Assembly: GCA_965202585.1 (NCBI GenBank)
Contig: OZ241833.1
Location: 45,074,001-45,138,000, forward strand
DNA: 64,000 nt
Source: Thalia democratica
Taxonomy: Eukaryota
Direction: 5' to 3'
Position numbers and translations under genes: made by a program. The notes under the pieces are model-generated. The model was given only the letters and a program-made list of their open reading frames with translations. It did no database searches and was not told the origin of the DNA. This document shows positions 1-12,406 of the stretch, in pieces. How positions within the stretch are numbered: the first letter of the stretch is position 1; each line of letters opens with the position of its first letter.

Positions 1-860
1 ATCATAAAGCAAAAATATTTGTTACTTGATTTGTTATAGTGTTTATATTATGAAATAAAAGTTTCTTGAACCGTACTTAATGTATGTAAATAGTTGAACG
101 CTATTTAACGACATGTTTTAAAGTACACTTCTGGTAGTTTATAATTAACATAGTTTTTGCAAAAAAAAACACATATATTTATTGCTTCTTTTAGAACAGT
201 TGCTTATTAAGTTTTCAATTCAAGTACTTATTATATGAAAGCGAAAGCCTCTTAGCTTTGCTTAAATTTGCTTCTATTCAAACGATAAAAGAAGATTTGA
301 AATTAGTTTTAGATAAAAGTTTACAACATTCATAGACGTTAAGTTGCTCACAACTTTTCAATTATACACACAAAGGAACGCTTTTAAAGCAAATAAACTT
401 TAGTAAGGTACCTTTTGATAGACTGATAATGATCACCTCGACCACGACTCCCTGATAAGTCTTAATGAGATCGCAAAATGTCACAGTGTTGTTGATGGTC
501 TTGTGGGCAGTCTAGTCCTTATAGTAAAATTGCAAACAAATCTTAGTTTTGCCTAGGATAACTGAAATGTTGCTAGCTAACAACTGAGTAACTGTAATGA
601 TAGTGTTAAATTTTACTTTAATGTTATTTCGAAGGCGTTTCAATACCTTTACTCAAAGTCTTAATGTCGGTTTTAAACAAACTAAATACGCCGTTAGTGA
701 TGAACAAAAATATTTTTCACCTTATAGTAAGTAACGTGAAAACCAAGTACTATACAGGTTGATCTACCAATTATTACTCAAGAAAAATGTATACTTATAA
801 TCCAGCGATTTCGGAAAGATTTATTTATTTTATTAAAGTTTAAGTAAACTGTTTTATTTT

Positions 861-1680
861 TACTAGTTACGACTAATTGTAAATGTTAAACTAACAAAAA
901 ATATAACTATAAATGCTTAAGGTTTTCATTTCAAAAATTTTAGTTTAATGTTAAGATATATAATATCAGTCTAGACAGAACATAAGGGTCAAAAATTATG
1001 AAAATGAGTTTAAAAAAGGCTGATCTTCACTTATGATTAATTTAAAGCGTTGGAAACATTTAATAATTTTTAAAGGTATTTTGTATTTTAAAAGTATAAG
1101 TTTTATTTACACTACACAAATATTATACTTATTAAAATTCAACTTTGTTTACCTGAATATATGTTTTTTTTTGCAACAGTTTTATGATGAAACACAAAAT
1201 TAAAATATAACTTAGTTGCAGTTTAAATATTTTATTTTATAATTTAAATTTATCAGTAGTAAAAGTATTTATTACTAGTTACGACTAGTTGTAAATGTTC
1301 AAATAAGAAAGAATATAAATAAAGTTGCTTACGTTTTTCATTAAAAAAAGATTATTTAATTTTAAGATATATAACACCAGTCTAGATAGAATATAATAGT
1401 AGAAGATTATGATAGTTATTCTAAGAACCGCTGATCTTGACTTATAATTAACTTTTAAACGTCGCTAATATATAATGTTTTTTAATAATATTTTATTTTG
1501 TAAAGGTTTAAGTTTTATTTACACAAATAATATAATTATTAAAAACAACTTTGTTTACCTGAAAAAGTGTTTTATGTTTTTTTGCAACAGTTTTATGTTG
1601 AAACACAAAGTTAAATTGTAAGTTAACTGCTGTTTAAATATTTTATTTAATTGTTTAAATTTATCAGTAGTAAAAGTATT
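861..1680. repeat. Diverged tandem duplication, two ~412-bp units
   Basis: TACTAGTTACGACTA(A/G)TTGTAAATG starts at 861 and 1273. Both units end in TTATCAGTAGTAAAAGTATT and are colinear in between. Confidence 0.85.
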
Positions 1681-3824
1681 ACCTGTTTTAAACTTGTTCC
1701 ATTTTTACAACTATACTCATTTAGTCCGTATACATATATATTTTAAATTGAATTTCGTTTGAAACTGTGCTTAGAGGAAATACTTAACAATAATCTTGAT
1801 GAGCCAAATGGTAATTTTCAACTGTAATATTTTTACAAAACAAAAATATAAATGTATATACAATGATAATAGCTTTATAATTGAAACAAAAAATGTTTTT
1901 AGGTTCGAACAGTCTTATTTAACAACACATAAAATCAATATACTTTAATTTTAAAATATTTAATACGTAACTTAACCTTTTAGTTTGTAATATAAACTAC
2001 GACACTCAATTTTCTTTAAAGTTAAATGTTTTTAACAAACTCATACACTTGTAAAAAATATTTTGTTGTTAGTTAGGTAATAGACTAAAAGTTTTCCTTT
2101 AGACTCACTTTAAATTTAAATTTTTCATACGATCTTAGCTCATCGAAACTTTGTAAACTATAAATTTTAAAAAGTCTAAAAAGGTTCAACAGTTTTTTCT
2201 CCTTATTTTCACAAAATATATTTAAGTTGCATAGCTTTTTAAGAAAGCACTATAAAAACAATAACTATGAAAACAGTTTGGTTTAAATTTAATGTTATGT
2301 TTATAAAGATAAATAACATTTACCAAACATAAATCATTAATGAGGTTTGTTACAGTTAATTTTTTTATTAAATCACTATTTTTGCTGTGTTGTTATAAAT
2401 TTAATTAAAAAAACTATTTTCTAAAACTCCTTAAATTCTACGACAATTTTAAGTTAAATATTTAAACGTATCTTAATTACGATCAAAAACTTTACTTCAA
2501 TACACTATACTTTTCGATTCAATTAATAATAAACTATGTATAGACCTAAAAGTTTCAATTAGTTTAATATTAAATTAAATCATTGGTCGATGTTTTAGTC
2601 AAAAATGCATAAGCTTAAGAAGAAATAAAACTCTCATCGTACTTTGTTTCAACATTCATGAACTTATTAAAATTTGATAAGTGTCATTTTTATATTAAAA
2701 AGTAAAGAATGAAATGCAGATTTTTAGTTTTAAGAAACAACATCGTTGAAGCTAATGTTGTGTAACTAATCATTTCTTAAAGTACTTATGTTTTTATAGT
2801 TCCGTTTATTCAACCCTTTAAAAAAATATTTTTGGTACTTTAACTTCTATAAAGCAAGAAAAAATAAAGTTTAATTAAAACACTAAATGCTCATATTACA
2901 CACAGTTTCTAATAAAAGATTTTAAAATATACAAACTTTTGTCTTCATACTTCAAAATAGTTGGTATACCTTTGAAAGTTAGTTAATGAAATGTAGCATT
3001 AAAACTTATAAGTTGAGAAATAAAGTTAATAAAGTTACATTTTAGTGTTGAACGTGTTATTTTTACTCAGGTCAAAATTAAATATCTGCAGTCACTAAAT
3101 TGACTATATGCAACTACTAAGCCGAGAAAATTTAAAGTTGTGACAAGTTTTACATACATTTGTAAAAAACCACTGTTTATTTTTATTTGCAGTAAAAAAT
3201 CTTTTTATTGAAACTTTTAATTTTTCTTTCAGGCTATATTAGACACTTTCTATGCTACTGTTAATTAATTTGTTTATTTAAGTTAATATTTGTCTTGTAT
3301 ATAGAAAATTCTTTTTTTTTTTACTTATACTATATTTAAGCTCAACTAAATGTATCTTACAACATTTTGGCATTTAAAAACATATAATTCACGATATAAT
3401 TTTATTTCATAGAATAAATAATGTAATTAAAAGAGTGTTTTTAAAATTAATTAAGAAACCTTAAATACAGTTCAAGATCTAAATAAGCTAATTTTTCAAT
3501 AACTCATATAATTAATGTATATGGTAAGAAGAGTTTAGTGAAAAACAACAATATTTTCGATGGATATTTTTAATGGATGTCATATATTTCAATATTTTGT
3601 TTTAATTACTAGTTTGAAAAATAAAGGAACTAAAATAAGATGTAAAAAAAATTTAAGTAATATTTTTGTTCAGAAGTAATTTCTTTATTTTACTCAAGTT
3701 TATAACCCTGTATTAAATAGTCAGTTTAAATAGTTTTAGAGTTGATTTTTATTAGTTAATTTGAAATCAAACACAGCTAATTCACATTTAAATTGACAAA
3801 AGTTAATTACCTGATTTGTTTGAA

Positions 3825-4834
3825 ATGCATCCTGATAAAGACAAAGAGACAAAGTCTGATGTTAAAGCAGAAGATGAACCGGTTGCCACTTCAACAGAAG
3901 GTTTGTTATTTTCATTACACAAATTAGTAGTTCAATTGAAATTTTTAAGTGAAAAATTCAATTTATTTGTATATTTTCATATTGACTACTGATTATATTG
4001 TTTTAATAAAGAAGAGTTAAATAAACTTACTTAATCATTAATTGTTTATTTATTTCAGCAATCAATTATTTTCAAGACGCCAGAAACAAGCAGCAAAACC
4101 AGAGAGAAGCGAACAGGAACAAGCAACAAGACCAGAGAGAAGCGGACAGAGACGAGCAACTAAACCAGAGAGAAGTGGACAGCAATGGACAGCAAAATCA
4201 GAGGGGAGCGAACAGGAACGGACAGCAAAACAAAAGAAGAGAGAACAGGAACAGGCGGAAAAACCAGAGAGAAGCGGACAGGAATGGACAGCAATACCAG
4301 AGAAGAGCGAACAGGAACCGGCAGCAAAACCAAAGGGAAACGAACTGAGACAGAGCACAGCCTCATAACAACCTCAGTCGTGCCAACCTGCAAAGATGGG
4401 AAAATGTTTTCAGTTCTCATGACCCTCATCAGCCCAGTCAGCCCGGACAAAACTACGCAGCCGGTCAATATGGTACGCAAAATGCTGGTACGTTTTACCA
4501 GTTTACGCAGCAAGGAACCAGTCAGAATTATTTCATGGCTCCACCACAAAATGGTCTTTATGGTCAAAATGGTCCAGTTCATTTGGCATTACCTCATAAC
4601 CCTCGAACTCAAGGTTTACTACAGTTTGATCCTTATGCTCCACTAAATGCTCAAGGCTACTTCTTACCACCCCCTTATGACCCATATAGTCAGATGCTGC
4701 CGCAAACTAACCCGTACGGTCCACAAAATGGTCGTTTTCATGTGGCACCTCGTCAAAATATTCACATTAGTCCGTGGTTACTTGGCGCCCCCCAAGAGGA
4801 CAACCCATGGCCAAGCAACCTCCATCGCAGTTAA
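3825..4834 (+). pseudogene. Two-exon low-complexity protein gene (Q/N/R 11-aa repeats, then Q/Y/G/P-rich tail) interrupted by one in-frame TGA; pseudogene, null allele or readthrough
   Basis: Exon 1 3825-3900 (MHPDKDKETKSDVKAEDEPVATSTE, phase-1 GT donor); intron 3901-4058 ends TATTTCAG; exon 2 4059-4834. The frame is open except TGA 4346-4348 and joins ORF 4535..4834. The start codon is tentative. Confidence 0.6.
4088..4350 (+). repeat. 33-bp coding minisatellite, ~8 copies (QQNQREANRN-like)
   Basis: Repeated CAGCAAAACCAGAGAGAAGCGAACAGGAAC-type units. This explains the overlapping repetitive ORFs in several frames. Confidence 0.9.
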
Positions 4835-6553
4835 CTCGTCAGTGAGTTGAAGTCAAGTAGAAGAAGTTGAGGAGCTGGGATTAGAAATTGAAAAGTCGTG
4901 ACGTCATTTGTTGCTTCATATATAGCTCGTTTCTGTTTATAGGATTTTATTTGTGTTTTTTTCGTTTGTTTACTTGCATTATAAGTAAGTATCTCATTGT
5001 TTTTATTAAGTGTTGAATAAATTTATATAATATCAAGCTTGTGTTTTAACTGAAACTAAGAGATGACTTTATTTTAATTTTTTGTCAATTACTACAAAGA
5101 AGAAAATTGAACTTAAAAAAATTCTCGGGGAAGCTCAGGGAAGTTTCTGGTCACTTAAGGTAGTTTCTGGTCTCTCTGGAAGGATTTTTTAGGCAACCCT
5201 TTTACTAAAGCAAGTAGATCTTCTAAAATCTTTCGAACTTCTAATATCTAAGATTTTCAAGTTTGCAAAACTTTACAAATTCACGAACTTTTGATACTAT
5301 TGAGACTAAAAGCTATATTAGGTTATACATGTGTCCATTAAAAATGAAAAATAAAAATAATTGCTATAGATTTTTATTTTCTGTTTTTAATATACACATG
5401 TATAACTTCTTTAGCTTTTATTCTTTTCTAACAGTATTTAATTTTTACAGAGCTTCGTTGAAGTGTGTTAATCCTTAAACACACAGAAACATAATGTTAG
5501 TGTAATAAAGAAGGGATACTGTATAATTTGTTATTATTATGAATAAGTTTATATATATATAATGTTTATTTTGAGATGTAAAACTCATAGGACTTTTGTG
5601 CTTATGCACTCATCAGCTTCAAAATAAGTTTAAAATAAAGCACAAAATAAAACACACAAATGAAAGTTAAACATTTATCATAAATAGACTATGACGTAAT
5701 TTTGAAACTATCAAAATCATGCAAAACGGCTTGTGCAAAAATTAATTTACCAATCGACAATAAACTGGCAAAGATTTATAAAGCTTCAGTGAGTATCTAT
5801 ATGTTAGTACAAATAAATACTCTTTCAATTAAGTATCTCTTTCAATTATTTAATAATTGACTTTATGTATTAAATATATTTTTCAATTCTTAATCACGTT
5901 TTTACTACCAGCACAACTCAATTTTTATATAAAATGGAATAAGCAAGTTTTTTATTTTCAGGTTTTTTGAACAAATATAACTCGCGGTTCACATAATTCC
6001 TAACTTAGGAGCCGGATCATTAGCTGTTGTTTGACTACCCCTTATATAGTGCAATATAAACTTTTTTGACTTTTTATTATAAAATACATTAAAACGGAGT
6101 ATCTTTAAATATTATATAATACACTACTCTATGGTAAATTATATGTATTTTATCTATTTGCATGCGTTAGCTTGGTAAATTACTTTTTTAGCTGTTATAT
6201 ACGTGTTTTAAATTTACTTTTTTTCTATAATTAATTTTAATAAGTGATGCTCGAGTTGCAACGTTAAATCAATTTTGACTCACAAGATAAATTCACGTTT
6301 AAAAACATAAAGCAATAGCATAGTGTTTAATTTTGAAATAGTTATTAATTTATAATGAAACACGGTTAAAAAATGAAGTAGTTTATTCAAGTGCGTTAGA
6401 ATGAACAAGTTACATAAGTGCTCCTAGACCAGTGCCAACAAAAAATCAAAAGAGCAACAAAAAGTTTATTTTCAATCGCTCTTTTGATTAGTATGTGATT
6501 TGGTACTAAAAAAGTAACTTCAATTTAAAAAACACACTCGAACATATAACTTC

Positions 6554-9500
6554 CTAAAGGTTCATCCTTCTCAAGGTCTCCATCATCTCATCACTCGCAT
6601 TGGCGCTGTGTCCTTCCCGGAGTCTCTGCTGCTCTTCATCCGCGGGCTGTCCACTAAAGGGCCTCATGCGACCATATGAAGCGTTTTGGGCCTCTATCTG
6701 TTGATGCGGACCACTTTGGTGGTACTGCGGTGGTTGGAACATCATGGACTGTCTGACGTAAGAACCAGCAAAGCGACCATTTTGTGGAATATTCTGCTGC
6801 ATCGCGTACGGACCAGCAATTCGACCATTCTGTGGAACATTCTGTTGCATCGTGTACGGTCCGGCAAAACTTCCAGAAAGTAAATACCTAAAATCATTCT
6901 GTGGTCGCATGGACGGTACAACTTGTCCGCCATACTGATGATGAAACTGCTGCTCTGGATACACGGTTTGACCGGTGTACAAGGGCTGCCTTGGATACGT
7001 TGGCTGCCCTGCATACATAGGTTGTCCTGGATTCATGGGAGCCTGGTGCTCTGGATACACGGTTTGACCGGTGTACAAGGGCTGCCTTGGATACGTTGGC
7101 TGACCTGCATACATAAGTTGTCCTGGATTCATGGGAGCCTGGTGCTCTGGATACACGGTTTGACCGGTGTACAAGGGCTGCCTTGGATACGTTGGCTGCC
7201 CTGCATACATAGGTTGTCCTGGATTCATGGGAACCTGCTGCTCTGGATAAACGGTTTGACCGGTGTACAAGGGCTGCCTTGGATACGTTGGCTGACCTGC
7301 ATACATAAGTTGTCCTGGATTCATGGGAACCTTGTGCTCTGGATACACGGTTTGACCGGTGTACAAGGGCTGCCTTGGATACGTTGGCTGCCCTGCATAC
7401 ATAGGTTGTCCTGGATTCATGGGAACCTGGTGCCTTGGATACATGGGTTGCCCGTGGTACGTGGGTACTTGTTGCCCGGAGAGCCTAGGTTGTCCTAGGT
7501 GCATGGGCAGTACCGGATAGGAAGTCTGGCTGGGGTGGGACTGCTGAGTGAATTGGCGGGATGCGGGGCTCTTTTGCCCAGCCACGGATGGGTAACCATG
7601 GTAACCTTGCTGCTGATTTTGCGAAATGTGAAGTTGACTCAGATCATTTGGATCAGGCAGGTTTTGTTGAGTTGCATCCGCATTCAGGTTAGCTTGTGGT
7701 CGAGTTTCTGAAACAACGATTAGAATTTTAATAATTCATATATTTTCATTAGTTTTAGAAATTAAACTAAATAAACATACGGAAACGTAAAAAAACTTTT
7801 AACTTGAAACTTGTAACATTTTGAGAGTTTTTTATTTATATCTTTTTGTACTTCAAACTAGACTTGTTAAATTAATATTTCATATAATTAAACAACAAAC
7901 CTGCGCTTGGTAATACGACTACGGGTATTTTTCTCACCGATTGCTTTTCATTGTCAAGCTCCAATTTATCCTGAAGTGTTTCAATTACCTGCAGTGTATA
8001 AATAGTTTAAGTTTATTTATACTTGAATACTTGTTATATACTTGAAAATTTTATCTATTGCAGTTTCTGTAGTTGTTTCACGTTATTACACTTTTGTTAA
8101 AAGAAGATTGTTTTATTTGAAACATATCATTAAAATCTCCAAACCAAACTATCTTTAACATTTTTTGGAAAACAACATGTTAAACTTTATTAATTCATTT
8201 TTAGCTTGAAGTAAATCTTTTTAAAATGAAAAATCTTTGATAACATATGGTAATATAGTGTTTTACTTTAGCCAGTTATAGTCAAAAAATAAAATGTTAA
8301 AAAATACTAAAAAACAATCTACAATTTTCTTTAATGCTATGATAACCATACTTTTTAAAACAGTACTTTTTAACAAATATCTTGTATTGTTTTTAAAAAG
8401 TGCTGTATATAACAAAATAGAGAAATATCGTTACAAAGATACAGAATAAATACCAAAGTAATTTTTATTACATATAATTAATCTGTATTGAACATTGTTA
8501 GGCACTTTAAGAAACCAACTAACCTCAATCAGTTCTTCTTTTCCACAATTTTTCTTTTTCAAAGAATAAAAAGTAAGAAGCTTGTCTATTCTAACAAAAC
8601 CTTGTTCATTCATCTGTAAAAAAAAATCTTTGTTAATTAATTTTTTAAGTTTTTAGTTTTATTTATTGTGAAAATTTTTACTTATTATAATATTGAATGT
8701 ATGCAAACGATTTACTTTATGCACTGCAGTTGTAGTTTAAATATTAACTAAACAATCTTTATAGTTAACAACTACAAAATGAACAAGTTTGCAAATATCT
8801 CATATTCTACTCATACATATTGTAGTTGTGGTTTCGCGTGCCAGCATAATAGGTTTCCACTTAAGCTAATAAAACAAAATAGTACTAGTTTTATATAACA
8901 TGTTTAACTTACTTGTTTCTTAAAATATTTACCATTTTTGGAATTCAAATGATCGTTGCCAAACCAATAAAGTCTGAAAAAAAAGTACTGTGAAAACAAA
9001 AAACAACACTTAATGAATTAGTTTATTAATTTTTTATACTTTTAAATCAATATATATATAAATAGTAATGTGCAAGTTTATGTGTTATGTACTACCAGGT
9101 TTTGATAGCAAGAACATTACGACGTTTTCAAATATAATAAAAAAGCAAACTGCACATAAAAATGTCGCTTATCTTAAAATATGTTAATTAGTTAATTATC
9201 AAATTTTAAAAGATCAAAACAAGACAAACTTATCTAGTTATATTTTCGGTAAAAATAAATACTAAATGTAAACTTACACAAGGTCTTCAACAGTTCGTTC
9301 TTCTACTTTTACAGTTGTGCCTGTTTACAATTTGGTTGGTTCAATTTCATTAGAGTATATTTATATCAGAGGTTGTTGCTTTATTATCGGTTATTATCAT
9401 TAATTTATAGTTTAGTGGTAACATAAAAATAAAATCAATTAAAAGCTCTAATAGTTATAATAATTTTTTTTCAACGAAATTTTCAAAGAACTACTGATTT

Positions 9501-10170
9501 TAGCATACAGAACACAATGAAAACCGTTAGTTGAATTCGAGGCTGGTTCGACTTCCGGTTTGTCTTCATTTCCGTTTTCTTGTGGGACCAACACTGTTGC
9601 CTGTTGATCCGATGAAGTTGCCTGTAGATCCGATGTAGTTTCCTCTTTTTCCTCAGAAGTTTTTGCAACATTTTCAGCAGCTGGTGGGGAATTGACTGAA
9701 TGCTCACTACTGTTTACCTGTGAAGTGAAAATTTATAGGTTGAGGTGAAATTTATTTGCAGAACATAAGTTTTAATTGATGAGTAGAAAATTTAAGGAAT
9801 ATATGACACTGTCAAGTTGATATTTCTTATCTCATAACGAACTTTTTTTAAAGATGTCTAAAACAATAAATAACAATTGAATCAATTAACTAATACGCTA
9901 GGAACAACAATATTGTATGTACAGAGTCAAGTTAACTTTATAGTTTTATTATTAATATTCTTTTTAATATTAAATAAATTTAAGTAATTTGATCATTTTA
10001 CTTTCAAAATGTAGTATTTTGTTATATCTTAGAAATACCTCAATAGAAGTAGCCGGTTTGACATCCTTTGAAACAATTTTGTCATTTCCATTTTTGTTTA
10101 CAACAATTTGTGGCATGACTTCGTTGTTGTTCTCGTTTTTATCCAATGCAGTTAGATTTTCACGAGTCAT
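6554..10170 (-). CDS. Divergent La-motif (LARP-like) protein with prion-like Q/P/Y/G C-terminus, 586 aa
   Basis: Exons 10170-10039, 9717-9525, 9320-9278, 8973-8913, 8613-8524, 7988-7901, 7707-6554; all GT-AG, phases consistent, 1761 nt. The spliced peptide LVLYWFGNDHLNSKNGKYFKKQMNEQGFVRIDKLLTFYSLKKK...LQDKLELDNEKQSVRK matches the remembered La-motif pattern YYF-x4-L...F...M-x3-G-(W/F)-V...F-x2-LK...VR(K/R). Confidence 0.8.
6947..7426 (-). repeat. 96-bp coding tandem repeat, 5 copies (32 aa, PMNPGQPMYAGQPTYPRQPLYTGQTVYPEHQA)
   Basis: Period 96 (e.g. GGTGCTCTGGATAC at 7045 and 7141); near-identical copies. Confidence 0.95.
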
Positions 10171-10519
10171 TTTAATTATTTTATTATTAAATATGCTGTT
10201 AATATTATTATATGTATCAACTATTTAACTTAACATATTTTTTATTATTAATTAAATAAAATAAAGTTTTTTATTAACTAAGTATTAACTTCAACTTTTA
10301 GACTTTTACAGTTAGTTAAGGTTTTAGTTAAAGAGCTTTATACTGTTTTTTTGAAATGCCAGATTAAAAATAACAAAAAAAATTTTACTACCTACTAAAG
10401 CTTTACACAAGGCTAAAAGTAATAAACTTTTTAAATGCATCATAACATTAAGTTTACTTTTAGTCACTTAAAAGGGTTAAATTTTCTGATATAACTTCTG
10501 CTAGGTAAAACATCTGTTA

Positions 10520-10880
10520 AAATTTAAGCTTATAACTCATTTAATTAATGAATAGCATAAATATGATAAAATTGTAGTTTGACATTTTTCGCTCAGCTTA
10601 TAAATCATTTTATTAATTAATAGCATAAATATAACAAAATTGTAGTTTGACATTTTTCGCTAAGCCTATAACTCAGTTTATTAGTTTACTAGTTTATATA
10701 TGATTAAAATTGTAGTTTGATTTTTATCACTCAGCTTAAAACTCAATTTATTAGTTTACTAGCTTATATATGAATAAAATTGTAGTTTGATATTTTTTTT
10801 TAGTTTATATGTCAATTTATTTACTAGCTTTAAAATATAACAAATTGTTATTTGATTTTTTCGCAAATCTTATAACTAAA
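10520..10880. repeat. ~70-bp AT-rich minisatellite, ~5 copies, just upstream of the La-motif gene
   Basis: AAATTGTAGTTTGA(C/T)ATTTTT recurs near 10568, 10637, 10707, 10777 and, degenerate, 10842. Confidence 0.85.
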
Positions 10881-12226
10881 CATGTTTATTTACTATATTA
10901 AATATGAAAATTTAAAGTCTGATTTTATTAGCTTAGCAATAATGTTTTGCTTTAAAATAAGGTAGTAAAGTTTACCTTAAATTTCAAAATTAATCAAGTA
11001 GAATGGAAATTATATTATACATAAAATTAATATTTTTAACTAAAATTAACAGTCACTCTAAAAATGAGTTTTCTCATTATTATAACATTAAAAATAATGT
11101 TTTAGTAATTCCTAAAAATAAAAAAACAAACTTTTAGTGTTAATAACTTTTTTAAACCGTAAAGGATTTCTAAACACAATCATTGTTTTAGATTTTAGGA
11201 TTTGAACTAAATATAAGAAGTTTTTATTTTTATTGATAAAAAGTAATGAAACTTAAACATTTAATTTTTTAAATACAAATTAAAGTGAAAATAAATACAA
11301 CAACACATAAAAGCAATAGCTAACTTAAAAAAGAAAATTGACAAAATTACATTTAACTACAATCCACAATAGCCTGGTTTATAATCAAACTTTAAATAAA
11401 ACTCTAAGATACTTTGATTTTAAACAAAAGTAAAAAAATTAATCCAAATAATGGTAAGTACTAAAGCAAAACAAAAAAATCTATACTCGTTTAGTTCACT
11501 TTTCAAAAAAAAAAGCTAATCATTGAACTGAACAAACTTTAAAAAATACTTTTACCCATTTTAAAATCTTGATAAAGATGAAACTGAAAAACTAGTATTT
11601 TTAAAGGCTTTTCAAAGACCTCTCCTCAATCTTTTTTGACCTCTCCTCAATCATTATCAGATCCAACTAAATATTGATTTTTAAGTAACTAAATATATAA
11701 GACAGTTTAAGTAACTTGATATATATATATAAAAAGTGATTTTGTAATGTGTTTCTTTTAGAATGGATTTTATAAGCTCAAGTATTCCCTCCTGTATCTT
11801 ATATTTTTAAACATTGTTTTCAGGAAGTAAGTGTTAAGCTCTTTTATCAGCTTATTTGTGTAATATCAGCTTACAATTTAAATGTTTTTAATTAGATTTT
11901 ATGCAAAGTAAGCGTAAAATAATTGTCTCAAGTTAAGTTTGTATTTATTGTTATCTTATTTTCGATTGAATTTACTAGCTTTGTGTTTTGATAGGTTTAT
12001 AAACAAATCCACTAACTTTGAAGAATTAATAAAATCCTATAATTTTCAAAACTTAATAGGAGGAAAATATATCTCAAGAAATATATATTTATAAGAATAT
12101 AGTGAACAAAACATTGGCGAAAGTCAGCAGAGTAGAAGCCTGGACTTTGTATGCCGTGAGACAAGCTCAAGTTTAAAATAAGGGTTGATCATAGCAATCT
12201 GATTATCAGACTATAAGCTTTTGGTA

Positions 12227-12269
12227 GACTGAGACCGGTTTCGTCCTGATTAGGACTCATCAATCAGTC
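12227..12269 (-). ncRNA. Minimal type-I hammerhead ribozyme (C3U core variant), Penelope-like-element type
   Basis: Minus strand GACUGA-UUGAUGA-GUCC(UAAUCA)GGAC-GAAA-C(CG)G-UC-UCAGUC: 6-bp stem I, 4-bp stem II, palindromic ACCGGU mini stem III, GUC cleavage triplet. Only C3 departs from consensus. Confidence 0.8.
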
Positions 12270-12406
12270 ACAACCGAAAAACCAGCAATATTCAATATAA
12301 AAACGGTTAATACATGCAGGCATGCCAACAATAGTTGCTTCATGCCTGCATGTATAAACCGTTTGAAGATTGAAGACTGCAAGTTTTCCGGTTGTGACTG
12401 ACTGAT
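12259..12406. repeat. 148-nt imperfect inverted repeat overlapping the hammerhead
   Basis: ATCAATCAGTCACAACCG...AAACGGTTAATACATGCAGGCATG (12259-12324) pairs with CATGCCTGCATGTATAAACCGTTT...CGGTTGTGACTGACTGAT (12341-12406). Confidence 0.9.

Noticed and set aside
3777-3824. Upstream extension of the left gene as a La-motif remnant (LPDLFEMHPDK versus LQDKLELDNEK)
   Set aside because: Two in-frame TAAs and no other La-motif exons found upstream.
4042-7711. Overlapping ORF-track calls in other frames and strands (4042, 4062, 4160, 4185, 6742, 6923, 7499; likewise 49089, 49308, 49438, 50642, 54312, 62417)
   Set aside because: By-products of stop-poor coding repeats; only one frame fits the splice phases and family motifs.
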